Below, in pieces: positions 22,787 to 35,285 of a stretch of DNA of 64,000 nt. Source of the DNA: Octopus sinensis (Eukaryota); NCBI RefSeq assembly GCF_006345805.1, contig NC_043006.1:62806001-62870000 (forward strand), given 5' to 3'. The notes under the pieces were generated by a model. The model worked only from the letters and a program-made list of their open reading frames with translations, was not told the DNA's origin and did no database searches. Position 1 is the first letter of the stretch. The number at the start of each line of letters is the position of its first letter. Made by a program: the position numbers and the translations under genes.

Positions 22787-23000
22787 ATATGTAACACACT
22801 GCCTAAATACCAATCGTGAGAAATTGGGCTTCCCAAAACCAGAAAGGAGAAAGCTAATTCGAAGACTACAGACCCAATCCATCACTGAAACTGTAAAAAT
22901 CTGTAAAACCTTCCAGTTTATCATTTCAATATATATGAGCATGTCTATATATGTAACTATATGCTTGAGAAAACATACAGAAAACATAAAAATCTGCACA
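22787..23000 (+). mobile_element. R4/Dong-like LINE ORF C-terminus and 3' UTR (left half, split by the RTE)
   Basis: VTHCLNTNREKLGFPKPERRKLIRRLQTQSITETVKICKTFQ; aligns with 11419-11575. Confidence 0.65.
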
Positions 23001-23033
23001 TACATACATACATACATACATACATACATACAT

Positions 23034-26000
23034 AATGTTCGTCCTTCGGGTTCGAAGATGACCATTGACATTATTTCGTGGAATTGTTGCTATGAGACCG
23101 AAGGTGGCTGGTGAAGCCAATCCGGGCAAGAAAGCCCCTCCCACAGGTGGGGCAGAAGTGGGTAGGGGCTGTGCTATTGGTGCAGGTGGCTCTGGCTTTC
23201 CGCATCTGGCGTTTCTGTTCTGCTGACTGAATCCGTCTCTCCTCGGCTGTCTTTGCTCCTGTGGTGATTGCGCTGCGCCAGGATGAGCGGTCGGCAGCAA
23301 GTGTCTCCCAGGTCTCTGTGCCGATGGAGAAGTCTTTGAGGGCGCTTCTTCTGCCCTCCGACACTGCGTTTGCCATGGCTGAGTTCACCGTAGAAGAGCT
23401 GTTTTGGGATGCGAGTGTCGGATATGCGGGAGACGTGGCCTGCCCATCTCAGCTGAGCCTTGCGCATGATCGTGATAATGCTAGGGAAATCTGCCTGCTT
23501 CAGAACTTCCGTGTCTGGGACTTTGTCCTGCCAGCGGATGTGAAGGAGGTTCCGAAGACACCTGAGGTGGAAGTTGTTCATCTGGCGCTCGTGCCTTCGG
23601 TGAGCAGTCCACGTCTCGCAGCCGTATAGTAGGGTGGTAAGCACGACTGCCCGGTAGACTTTCAGCTTGGTGTTGAGGCTGATTCCTCTCCGCTCCCAGA
23701 CTTTCTTTCGCAGTCTCCCAAACGCGCTGCTTGCCTTGGAGATTCTGTTGATGATTTCAGCATCTGTGTTGGCATTGCAGGAGAGAGTGCTGCCCAGGTA
23801 GGTGAAGTTTTCCACCATTCGTAGGATCCGACCGTTCACCTTTATCTGAGGCTCATGGTATTGTTTGCCGGAGGCTGGCTGAAACATCACTTCGGTTTTC
23901 TTGGCACTGATGGTGAGACCGAAGTTGTCACAGGCTGATGAGAACCTGTCCATCCCGAGCTGCATCTCCTGCTCATCGATTGCGTTAAGGGCGCAGTCGT
24001 CAGCAAAGAGAAAGTCTCTGACGACTGTTTCCCTCAGCTTTGTGACGGCCTGCAATCTTCTGGAGTTGAGAAATTTCCCGGCCGTCCTGTACTTGATGTC
24101 GATACCGGACTTGCAGTCCCTGAAGGCGTCGGACAGCATTGCCGAGAACATGATGCTGAACAGTGTTAGGGCCAGGACACAGCCCTGCCTGACTCCGTTG
24201 GTCACCTGGAAGACTTCATATGAGGTGCCGTCTTCAAGGACTCTGGCTGTCATTCCGTCGTGGAACTGGCGGACAATTGCAATAAATTTGCTGGGGCAAC
24301 CAAATTTTCCCATGACCTTCCAGAGTCCCTCCCGACTGACTGTATCGAAAGCCCTGATGAGGTCAACAAAGGTCATGCAGAGGTCAAGGTGCTGCTCCAT
24401 GCATTTCTCCTGGAGCTGGCGGGAGGCGAATATCATGTCAGTGGTCCCTCGACCCGCACGGAAGCCACACTGGCTCTCAGGGAGAAGGTCTCGCTCCAAG
24501 TGTTCCAGAAGGCGGTCAAGCAGGACTCGGCCAGGATCTTGCCTGCTATGGACAAGAGGAAGATTCCTCGGTGGTTGTCGCAGGATTGCCGATCTCCTTT
24601 CCACTTATAAATGTGGACGATTGTTACGTCCCGGAAATCTTGAGGGAGTTGTTCCCTGTCCCACATCGACTGGAACAGGCTGGTGAGCTGACTAATCATG
24701 GTGGGACCGCCCGACTTGAACACCTCCGCAGGGATGGCGTCAGAGCCTGGAGCTTTGCCGGTGGACATTTTTTTGATGGCCCTGCTCACTTATTCGACTG
24801 CAGGGGGAACAGCCAGCTCGTGGTTTGTCGGCACCTGGGGGAGTCGTGCGATGGCTTCCTCGTTGATCTGGGCTGGTCGGTTGAGCACGATGTTGAAATG
24901 CTCCGCCCATCTCTCCAGGATCAGCCCCTTGTTAGTCGGGAGTGAGGTTCCATCCGAGCTGAGCAGGGGGGGGGGGTTGATCCAAAGGAGGACTGCGGTC
25001 CATAGACAGCTTTCAGCGCCTCGTAGAATTTCTTGGTGTCGTGTTTGTCTGCGTATCGCTGAATCTCATCCGCCTTGGCGCTTAATCATGCGTCTTGCAT
25101 GAGGCGGAGTTTTACCTGGACTGTGCTGTGAATGTTGTTGTAAGCAGCCTTCTTTGCCGTGCAGGTGTTGTCATTTTGGTGGGCCCGCATCAGACGGCGT
25201 TTCTCTTCCGAGGAGCTTTTGGATTTCCTGGTCGTTTTCGTCGAACCATTCCTGGTGGTTCCTCGTAACTTGGCCTAGAGTTTCAAGGGTGATGGAATGA
25301 ACCGTATCCCTGAATGATTCCCACTGCTCATCGATGCTGGACTGGTCACTCTGAATGTCCAACAGCTTGCTGTCCATATGTGACTGGAGATCTTGTGCAG
25401 TCAGCTGGTTCTTTAATTTCGTGAGGTTAAGCTTCCTCGTCACTTTCTGACCCTGTGGTCTTCTCTTAGGTTGGACGTAGAAATCCATCCTGAAGATGAT
25501 GAGGCGATAGTCCGTCCAACAATCCACACATGGCTTTGACCAGTCTCACGTCCCGCCTGTCTTTCGCCCTGACGATGACGTAATCTATCAGATGCCAGTG
25601 TTTGGAGCGTGGATGCATTCATGATATCTTGTTGCGTGTTGGCAGACGGAACAAGGTGTTGGCGATGGTAAGATCATGAGAGGCGTACGCCCGCAGGAGG
25701 AGCTGCCCGTTGTTGTTGCACTTTCTGATTCCTTGCTTTCCCAGTACGCGATGCCAGGCTTGGTGGTCAGTCCCGACACGGGCGTTAAAGTCCCCATGGA
25801 GGATGAGCTTCCCAGGCTGGGCTGACGTGATGACGGAGTCGAGTTCCTCATAGAACCTGTCCTTAACTTCTTCAGGGTTGGTCATGGTAAGCGCTGATGA
25901 TGGTTGATTAGTCTTGTTTCCAAATGGGAGCTGCATCTTCATCAGCCGATAGTTGATACCCTCGGGGGAGCTTTCCAATTTCCGCACGTGTACTGACTTG

Positions 26001-26832
26001 ATGGCAAAACCAACACCAGCCTCACGACGCTCTTCGCTACTGCGTCCACTCCAAAAGAAAGTGCAAGCAGAGTTCTCACGTTCCAAGTTGCGAAAGGGAG
26101 CATCTTTGTTCGTTTTCTTTCTTTGTTTCGACCGCTTGGAAAGGATCCCCGCCAGCCGCGGTTTGCTGACCAGGGTGAGGTGAGGCAGGCTATGTTTAGG
26201 TCAACCTTTTCTAGCCCCATCCTCATGGTGCGGAGGCGAGCAGAGCGATCCTGAAGAGGGCTGCTCGGTCACTCAGGAGGCTGCCGGACTCCACTGCTGC
26301 CTCGGTTCAGTGAGGGACGACCACATGTCCTGAGCCGTCTGTGTGTGGGTTCACGATTGCAGCTCCCAGTGTATCCTCACCTGCTACTTCGCCGTTTCCC
26401 CATCGCCACAGGACTTTGTGATGTTGGTGTCATGATGTCATGACGTGCGCGTGACTTGGATTATAGTGAGGGTGACTTGCGCAGGATCAACCTCACTCTC
26501 TCGTCCTGTTGCGCCGGATCCAGTGGCAAGACAAAATCAAGACGGCTGGGGGTAGACCAGGATGCAGGAGCTGCCGGAAGGTGGCACGCATGGCGCAATC
26601 CAACCGCCTTAGGGGTTCCACTCCGGATTTATGTAGGTTTTTGGATGGCCATTGACTCATGAGAGAGTTCCTCTGCCCTTTGACAGGTTTTGTTTTTAGT
26701 CCTGCTGGGTGTCTAAATCACCCTCCTCACCAAGAAATCTTGGTGGGGTTGCCAGTTTAGTCGCCAACGACCCGACCATGTAACAGGTTGTACTGGGTTA
26801 CATGTTACCAGTAGCTCCAAGCGGAGACCTGA
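23034..26832 (-). mobile_element. Near full-length RTE-clade LINE (BovB/AviRTE-like), about 3.8 kb, with frameshifts
   Basis: APE endonuclease (FATWNVRTL..FFWSGR..GVGFAIKS..GDFNARVG), RT and C-terminal C2H2 (CPTCGRGFLARIGFTSHLRSH); 3' end ..GAAGGACGAACA followed by (TATG)n; visibly GC-richer than the flanks. Confidence 0.95.
23174..24604 (-). pseudogene. RTE reverse transcriptase reading frame (disrupted at both ends by frameshifts)
   Basis: ORF contains LLPESQCGFRAGRGTTDMIF, FVDLIRAFDTVSRE, GVRQGCVLA, FLFADD, YLGS, LLYGCETWT and LRWAGHV motifs. Confidence 0.95.
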
Positions 26833-26879
26833 CATACATACAAACATACATACATACAAACATACGTGCATGCATGCAT

Positions 26880-27021
26880 GCATACATACATGCATACATA
26901 CATACATACAAAATACATACTCTGTTGGTGTTGAAATTCCAATGAAGGAGCCTTCGATGTATGTTAGAAACTGGTTCTTTTTCTATTGGCAAGAAATCTT
27001 GAAATAAACTGAATAATGACA
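26880..27021 (+). mobile_element. R4/Dong-like LINE 3' end (right half)
   Basis: CTGTTG.TGTTGAAATTCCAATGAAGGAGCCTT..TATTGGCAAG.AATCTTGAAATAAACTGAA.AATGACA aligns with 11648-11750. Confidence 0.7.
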
Positions 27022-27141
27022 TGCATACATGCATACATATATGCATACAGACATGCATACATACATACATAAATACATACATACATGCACACATACATAC
27101 ATACTTTACATACATACATACATACATACACACATACATAC

Positions 27142-27420
27142 ATGTTGGTTGTCTACTCCTTGTGCAGAGTTTGACCACCTCTTGTACTTACATCTTAGAT
27201 CCATCATGGTGTCTGATGTGGCTTTTCAAACTAGACAATATATTGAAAAGACACCCATATAGATTGCATATTTGATTTGGACCACTAAGGGCTGCAGATA
27301 AGTTCTGATCTTTGTGGATCTTAAAATGGCTTTTGAGGCTTCTGTTAGATTGGCAGACATTATGGCATACACAACATTGAAATATGTGCACAGATATATA
27401 AGCAGAGTACTGCTGCAACC
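27142..27420 (-). mobile_element. 3' end of a second RTE-type LINE family
   Basis: CCVCHNVCQSNRSLKSHFKIH...CNLYGCLFNILSSLKSHIRHH (two C2H2-like knuckles), short 3' UTR, (TATG)n tail. Confidence 0.55.
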
Positions 27421-27632
27421 TTCTTTTTATCTCTTTTCTTGTCCGTGAGAAACTCGGTATTTTGAAGCCCTATTTTCTTGAAGAGCAATACAAGATTTAT
27501 GGCTTTTCCTTTTCCCTTTCCCTATCTCTACTTCCGTTGACACTGCCAGGACCCTGTGCAGTACTGTAAATCCTCTGACAAAATCGACGAATGTTGAGAA
27601 TGTTTGTATGTATGTATATGTATGCATGTATA

Positions 27633-27998
27633 CAGTTTCACAGATCATTTAAATAAGGTCATCAAGCAAATGTGAAGCAAGTTAACGAAGTTCTACCTTA
27701 TCTGGGTACATTGGGTAAACGCAGTTTTTATATTCCCTTCTATTGCTATTGAATTTAAGGAAATAAATCAAACACTTTAAATTCTGTCTTACAGTTAAAT
27801 ACTTGATGGCTATACTTGAAATTATTTTTAGTGTTGTTGATGAAAATAGGAATATGTGTTTGATTTATTTCCTTAAATTCAATAGCACTAGAAGGGAATA
27901 TAAAAACTGCGTTTACCCAATGTACCCAGATAAGGTAGAACTTCGTTAACTTGCTTCACATTTGCTTGATGACCTTATTTAAATGATCTGCGAAACTG
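27633..27998. mobile_element. Foldback MITE (Tc1/mariner-like ends) with 143-bp inverted arms
   Basis: 27633-27775 is the reverse complement of 27856-27998 with two mismatches seen; TA on the left flank, GA on the right. Confidence 0.85.
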
Positions 27999-28411
27999 GA
28001 TACATTTAAGGATTAGGCGTATTATAAGAAACAAAAATAGTGGCAATGATAATATTATTTGGTAAAATATTTCTTCAAATTAACTCAACAAGCTAATGAA
28101 AAACATCCAGAATATCTAATGGCATGCTAACATCTCATATTGAAAGCCCACATACAGGGACCTGCTAAAATTATCTGGCTGTTACTCGATATTTTGAAAT
28201 GTTCTTTCATGTCACCTTTATAGCTATTTTCGCAAATAATCCCTGTATTTTGTTTTATCTTACTTTTTGTTTTGTTTTATGTTCGTGTGTAGTGCTTCAG
28301 TCTCAAAATAAATTATGACGCGTTTTTCGTTCGATTAAAATATCTTACAAAATGCATAATGGAGCTATCAGCGGGAATATGTTCAATTAAGAAGAGGAAG
28401 AAGTAGAAGAG

Positions 28412-28567
28412 GAAGAAGAAGAAGAAGAAGAAGAAGAAGAAGAAGAAGAAGAAGAAGAAGAAGAAGAAGAAGAAGAAGAAGAAGAAGAAGAAGAAGAAGA
28501 AGAAGAAGAAGAAGAAGAAGAAGAAGAAGAAGAAGAAGAAGAAGAAGAAGAAGAAGAAGAAGAAGAA
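28412..28567. repeat. Perfect (GAA)n microsatellite
   Basis: Directly visible uninterrupted run. Confidence 0.95.
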
Positions 28568-29638
28568 ACGACGATTAGGAGAATTCTGAATATGATAATA
28601 AATATAATAAAGATGAGAAGCATTTAAAGTAAACATTCTACCAACCTGCATTTTTCTTTTTTACATATTTTTTCCTCTTCTGATGAAAATAAACGAAGAA
28701 ATTTAACTTAATTCGAGAAACACAACTTAAAAATATCCGCGAATAAATTTCGATTGATATGAAAGAAATAAACTTATTAACTCTATTGATACCACTTTCG
28801 GAACATTGTGGTGGTCTTTATAAAACTTTACATTTTATCAATACTAGCATTTTCTCTATTCTTAGATGTAATCAACTCTATTGATTTCTGCAGATTTACG
28901 GCACGTTCAGCTGTGACTCATTTATCAACAGAAACCAGCACGAAAACACTACTGGCTTATCCAGTCAAAAGAACTCATTATTAATCTAACCAATACTGAG
29001 AACATTGCGTAAGGCATATTCGTCACAACTTTTCTATGGCATCATCTAAGGTCTTTGAATTTAATTCTTATAAGGGCAGCTATTTCTGAGTATCTCTTTC
29101 TGCGATATAATTCACCAATTTAGTGATACTTGCATAAAATACCTTTCTATGAAAATGATTTTTAATATTTCTCGAAAATATCAAATGAGATTTTGATTCC
29201 TAGCCATGGTATTTCTTGCTTGGAATTTGTATATACTTCCCTGGATAGAGAAATCGGTATGAATGTTTAAAGCACAATTTAATCCATTGATTAACGAAAT
29301 GTTACTTGGATTTATTTGAAGTTCGAAAGATCAAAATGCCGAATACACTCATCTGTTACTTAAATTATTATGTTATATATTTTAACTAACTTCAGTTATT
29401 TCTATTGCGCGGATAGTGTTACAATATAAAAGAGACAAACTCTACCCCACGCTTTCCACTTTCAGTGATTTGCGTCATTGGCATAGTTAATGATTTAACT
29501 AATGGACATTACCATACAAGTCATTGGGTAAAGTAATAGATAATAAATATTAAAAGGAAGCTGTAGCCTTCATATATTGGCTGAAAGACTGTTCTGGTAC
29601 AGTTATGTGTGAGACTATTTAGTATTTACAAAATACAA

Positions 29639-29835
29639 GGCGGTGAGCTAGCAGAATCGTTGTCGAGCTGAACAAAATGCTTCGCGGCATTTCGTACGTC
29701 TTTACGTTCTGTGTTCAAATGCCGCCGAGGTCGATTTTGCTTTTCAATTCGTTCGGGGTCGATAAAATACGTACCGGTTGAACACTGAAGTCGACTTACC
29801 TCCTCCTCAGAACTTGTTGCTCTTGTGCCAAAGAA
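29639..29835 (+). mobile_element. Octopus-type SINE, diverged
   Basis: AGGCGGTGAGCTAGCAGAATCGTT..GTTCAAATGCCGCCGAGGTCGA..GGGGTCGATAAAAT; homologous to 3831. Confidence 0.7.
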
Positions 29836-30496
29836 ATCAATATTTACAAAATACAAATGCACTGTATCTGACTTCGCAGATAGCACATCTTTTCACAGAA
29901 GTTTCACAATCAACAAGTTCGCTCTTAACAATACGGCAGGGACCTAATGTTATTAAGCCGGCCTTCAAAATACCTATTCCTTTTCTGAAAAGGGAATGTC
30001 ACATCGATATTGTAGTACTGGATTTGAAATTTTTGAAAGAATGGGATGGCTATGGTTGGTATGTTCTAAGTTTAAACGACAAGAGATCCTTTAGAATTTA
30101 TAAGTACACACAGTTCTTGAGCTAAGAAACAGTTTTTCAGCCAGACGATCATTTGTTATAAAGCAAGTCTTTTTTTGGCAAACCTAATTCAGTTCCACGT
30201 TAACTTCTCTGACATACAGCTTCGCAACCATTCTAGCTGCTAACACTATTGCATTAAGTTCTGTTTCACATTTATATTGCTATGGCAATAAGACACATTT
30301 ATATAACCTTCATGTTATCTATTAATATTTTTCAAATCGTTGCCATGTTATCTATGTAATGTTTTCAAGATTATTCAATATATTCAATAAAATTCGATTT
30401 CACAATGCATGTAGTAAACCGAAACTCTTTAACACAAAAAAGAGACAAATAGAAAATGTGAATTATTGTATATTGTAAATATAATCGACTGCTTAC

Positions 30497-33180
30497 TGTT
30501 ATAGGGAATTAGTAATAATGGTACACTCCTCCCACATGACGAATCGAATAAAATAGTAAAGAGAAGTACTGAAGTACCAAGGTAGGTAGTAGGCGGTCAG
30601 AGATAGTCGTATCTTTACTGGTTTCACTAAGAATACAGTATGCCGAAATGGGCGTTATAACAATCCAACATTTTAAGGATTATAATAGTGGCGACGAGGA
30701 TTCAAACAACTCACGAGGAATTAATAAACTCGACGAGGATTTAAACAACTTACGAAGAATTAACAACTCACGAGAAGTTAACAAACTCATAAAGTTTTGC
30801 TGTGTGAATTTTACGAAAAAAAACAACATAAAAATAATGGAAAATCCGTTGTCCGGTTTGCTCGAGTTGCAAAAACAGCAACAACAACAATAATTACTAT
30901 TACAGCAACAAATGCTGCATTTAATGAAGTCGTCAGGAAATTTTTTTTAAAGTTTCACGAACTCCAAAACAGAGTTCAAATACCAACCTAACGAAGGAAT
31001 TACCTTCGAAGCATACTGCAGAAGATACGAGCAAATATTCGAGAAAGAATGAAGCGATTGGGACGACAAGAGGAAAAAAACGCTTAGCCTTAGGGAAACT
31101 GGCGGCAACAGAACATGAATGATACGGTAATTATGTACTCCCAAGAAACCTTCGGACTTACACTTTAATAACACAATAAATATATTGCGTAAAGTTTTCA
31201 GTGAAAAATGTTCATTGTTCAACACTCGTTGGAAGTGTCTGAACGTAGAGAAAAACAACGACGAGGACTACATCACATATGCTGGTAGATTAAACGGAAT
31301 GCTAGAAGTTCAAGCTGGACGAATTAACGCCAAATATATGCAAATGCCTGATATTTACACAGGCAATCTCTGCCAAAAAAGACGCAGTAGTTAGAACTAG
31401 AATTCTCGCAAAGCTGGAACAAAACGAGGATGTAACCCTAGAGTGGGTGTCAGAAGAATGTGAAAGGATAGCCAAATTAAGACACGACACAGAAGAAGCT
31501 GAACGTAACGATTGTTTCCAAGTAAATCAAGTGCGAAAAATTCAGAATGGAGACAAAGCGTTTTCTAAAAAAAACACAACAAAAATCGGGAAATAAACCT
31601 GTTTTGCATGTGGAAGTATACACTTGAAGAAAAATTATCCATTTAAAAAAGTGGAGTGCTTTCGTTGTGGAAAAAGGACATATAAAGACGCACTGTAGAA
31701 CGAAGATGATAAAACTTCAGAACAGAGGATAAATTATAAATAGTGTAATCGGAAGAAATTGGTAATATAGCGATGAGAAAATTCGTGAAGGTGAAAATTA
31801 GAAATACGAGTGTTAAAATGAAATTACACACTGGAAGGGATATCACCATTATAAACGAAAATACTTGGAAATATGTCGGTAAGCCCAAATTAATTAAATC
31901 GAAAGAGGTGGCACATGGTGTTACGTGGAAAAGATTATATTTTTTCGGGGAATTCGTATGTAATGTAACATTTCTAAGTCAAACGAAAAAGGCAAAGATA
32001 TATGTGTTAAAAGTGCACTTAAGTTATTTGGCAGAGCGGGTGGAACTATTCAGTTGTGGTATACGCCCATAAGTGTTATGAGTGGAAATATATTTGGTTC
32101 AGTAAAACAGAGTGAAACACCTCTATGTAAGCCAAAAAGAAATGAAAAATTACGCAGGATAAGAAGTAAACTTTGTTCAAAAGTAGATGTTCCGTGGTCG
32201 AGGCTACACATCGATTTCGTTGGTCCTTTAAATGGTTCTTACTAATTAGTGGTAGCTAATATTTTCTCGAAATGACCTGAAATTTGTAAGTGTAAACACC
32301 CAACCTCTTAACTGTGTTAAATTTTTTACACAAATTGTTTGCAATATTGGGCATCCTACACAAGATGTTGTATGAAGATGAGGCAGCTCTTCAACATTTT
32401 TTTAAGAGTGTACCGTGTGACAACAAATCTGAATACACCAGCAGGTTGTTCACCAATGGAGCTGATGTTTGGAAAGAAAGCAAAGTCAGTCTTTGATATA
32501 TTGCTACCTGGCAAGAAAAGAAAAAGTACCAAAGAAGACATAGCAAGATACCTTAAAATTATAGAAAAGGTGTATATGAGAGCATACAAGAATGGAAAGC
32601 AGAGTTGGGAGGATGGCGTACTTACCAAACATATAGGTAAAATGATGTATTGGGTAAAATGTAGAAAAGGCATACAAAAGAGACACAGGAACCAATTGAA
32701 AAAGAGTTTCGTGGAAAGCGAAACAAAGAAGTTGGAGGAACCGATCGAATAGTTGAACGATACGTTCCAAGTATCAACATCATTGCAAGTGATTGAACCC
32801 GAGCGTACAAGTGAGAGAGAAAAACATACAGAGTTCCTGAAAATAGATGCCAAGCGCAAACAATTTTAAATTGTACGAAAGAAACTAAAATATGAGAGGT
32901 GGAGTGAATAGATAAAAATTATTGCTAAATAAAATAATACTTAAGAGAAAACTTAAAAGGGGGGATGTTGTTTGGAATTAGTAATAACGGTACGCCCCTC
33001 CTACGTGACGAATGTAATAAGCTAGTCACTATAAGTAAAGAGAAGTATGTGAAGTACCAAAGTAAGTAATAGGTGGTCAGTGATAGTCGTGTTTTACTGG
33101 TTTTAATAAGTATACTGTATACCGAAGTGGGCACGCCGAACTATGCTGTATATCGAAGTGGGCGTTATAAAAATCCAACA
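30497..33180 (+). mobile_element. Gypsy/Ty3 LTR retrotransposon (Mag/K02A2.6-like), internally deleted and decayed
   Basis: LTRs 30497-30670 and 32966-33180 (TGTT...CCAACA); TGGCGACGAGG primer-binding-like motif; polypurine tract AAAAGGGGGGA; gag (CFACG..H..CFRCG knuckles), protease (KLHTGRDITII), integrase start (PWSRLHIDFVGP); RT/RNaseH absent; no TSD recovered. Confidence 0.9.
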
Positions 33181-34015
33181 TTGTAAGAATACAACTCTAA
33201 CTCTAAATAATATACACCGATCTATTTCAGATATTTCATACTGCTTAAATGAACTATGCCGCGTTTAGCTACATTTGGCTCTAAAATTTCCCAATATAAA
33301 ATGCACACAGACAAAATAGCGAATTGAATGGAATATATTGTGCACTTTCATATACTTCAAAACAGAGCATGGTAGAATATACAACAATATTTGAAGCCAT
33401 GATATATCGAATGCACTTTAAGTATAAATAACTATGGCTGGTCAACATCATCAAAAACAATGTTGGGTATATATGTACACAACCAATATAGAATATACAG
33501 TCAATATATAATTGTATTTATGTCTTTTACACTCGACTATTGTATTCTAAATATTTTCTTTTCTGGCTTCCACCCCAATTATTTCGAATTCATATATTTG
33601 AAAAGTAGGTTTCTGAAAGCTTCGATTTAGATTGATTTTCAAAACGAATCACTGTGCTTTTGCTGAAATCTATTTTTGGTCTTCCTCGACAGCATGCTGT
33701 CAAATCCAGATCTAATTCTATCAAAGAAATGTACGTTTGTTATTATAGCGCGAGGTCCTGTAAATCTGTTATGATACATAATGTCCATACACCTTTTTAA
33801 AGGTCACTTTCAATACAATGTTTCTAGAGATTTACAATAAATATGAATTCATTTCAATATCATTACAGACCAGTTTTCTGACTCTTGTTTACATCTTTTA
33901 AAATAGAATTTAACTTCATTAATTTCAAATTATCATATTTATTTTATTTTAATTAAGTCATCATCGGAATGAGAGGAACTCGTTAATAATATTTATATAA
34001 TTCCTATACTCTATA

Positions 34016-34325
34016 TCACTTGGATCACTTTGATCGACCAGTCCGTCAGGCGTCCATTTGACACCGCTGGCTACAGCACGCTGTCCACTCCTCTCTGGAT
34101 CACACCTTTCTCATCCACGTGATCCCAGTCGTCCTCTTGATATCGACACTCCGCCGTCGTGGAGGTCTTCCGGGTGGTCTTTTCCGCTCACGCGGGTACC
34201 ACTCGACAACTGCGTGCGTCCACCGATTATCTACTCTATATACGTCACTGGATATCAACTCTACAGCTTAGCCATTTATCTGTATATCATATCTTAAAGA
34301 ACGTACGCTGTAATGAGTATATAAC
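34016..34325 (-). mobile_element. RTE-1-like LINE 3' fragment
   Basis: Minus strand ..DNRWTHAVVEWYPRERKRPPGRPPRR.SVDIKRTTGITWMRK..SREEWTACCSQRCQMDA*. Confidence 0.8.
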
Positions 34326-35285
34326 CGTTTCTGGTTGAACGAACTATTCTTGAAATTATGGGGCACTACCTCCTATAATTGTCAACTTTTTCATGTCAGT
34401 GTTGCGTAATTTACCAACAAACTCACCTTTCTGTGATTATCAGTGTCAATCATATAAATATGATAGTTCGACCCTAATCGAACAGTATGATTAAACTAAT
34501 AAAGCAAAGAAAGGAAATTAGACATCGTATTCATAGTCATGAAGGCGATGTTGAATCTAGTTCACTGATATTGATCATCATCTGGAGCGGATGAAGATAG
34601 CACGCACAGAATACTAGTACGGCTTATTGATTTCGTTTCAGTTAAGTGCCGTTGCTGCATCCAGGTTATGTTTGAAGAACAGAATATAATTTAGTGATTG
34701 TTTGTTTAGTGTGGGATGGATATTCATGCAATTTATTTTACCGATTCTAGAATATATAATATGATTTCTGCTTTATCTCTGTGTATTTGAAGAACTGACG
34801 GTAGTGTCTTCACTTTTATATTTTTACCATTGGATATTGCATTCTGCTATGTCATGTTTACTTTTCTCGTGGTGTTTATGTCGGTGTTTATTTGACTTAA
34901 TTATCATCACCAACTCAATGGAGTATTATATTCATTTATATGCCATTGAAGTAGTCTGAAACAATGAAGAATATACTTCATAAATACATCTCTTCCTTTT
35001 CAACAATGGATCAAATTTGCTAAGGATGATATTGTCTCTCTAATCATGACAATATTAACATAGAAACTGACAAGCGGAAATGGACGCACTTAATTACATT
35101 CCTCTTACAAAAAGAGTAATACTTGACATTGGTTTCTATATAACTTAAATACAAACCCATACATACACAAGTAATTTTTTAGAGTTTTGTGAAACATTTT
35201 ATTTTATATATACGAAACTGTTTTCGTTAACGACAGGACCAAAAATGACTTCCACATGTACGTTTTTGTCGCTTTACAAAGCTTA

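Noticed and set aside
23901-25102. Plus-strand ORFs of 116-261 aa
   Set aside because: Antisense shadows of the GC-rich RTE coding strand.
28313-28651. Poly-Phe and poly-Ser ORFs
   Set aside because: Translation of (GAA)n.
29778-30125. 115-aa ORF
   Set aside because: Starts inside a SINE; no recognisable motif.
33250-33830. Possible additional Tc1 relic (..PDLNSIKEM.. like SPDLNPIEN)
   Set aside because: Single weak motif across frameshifts; no TIRs found.
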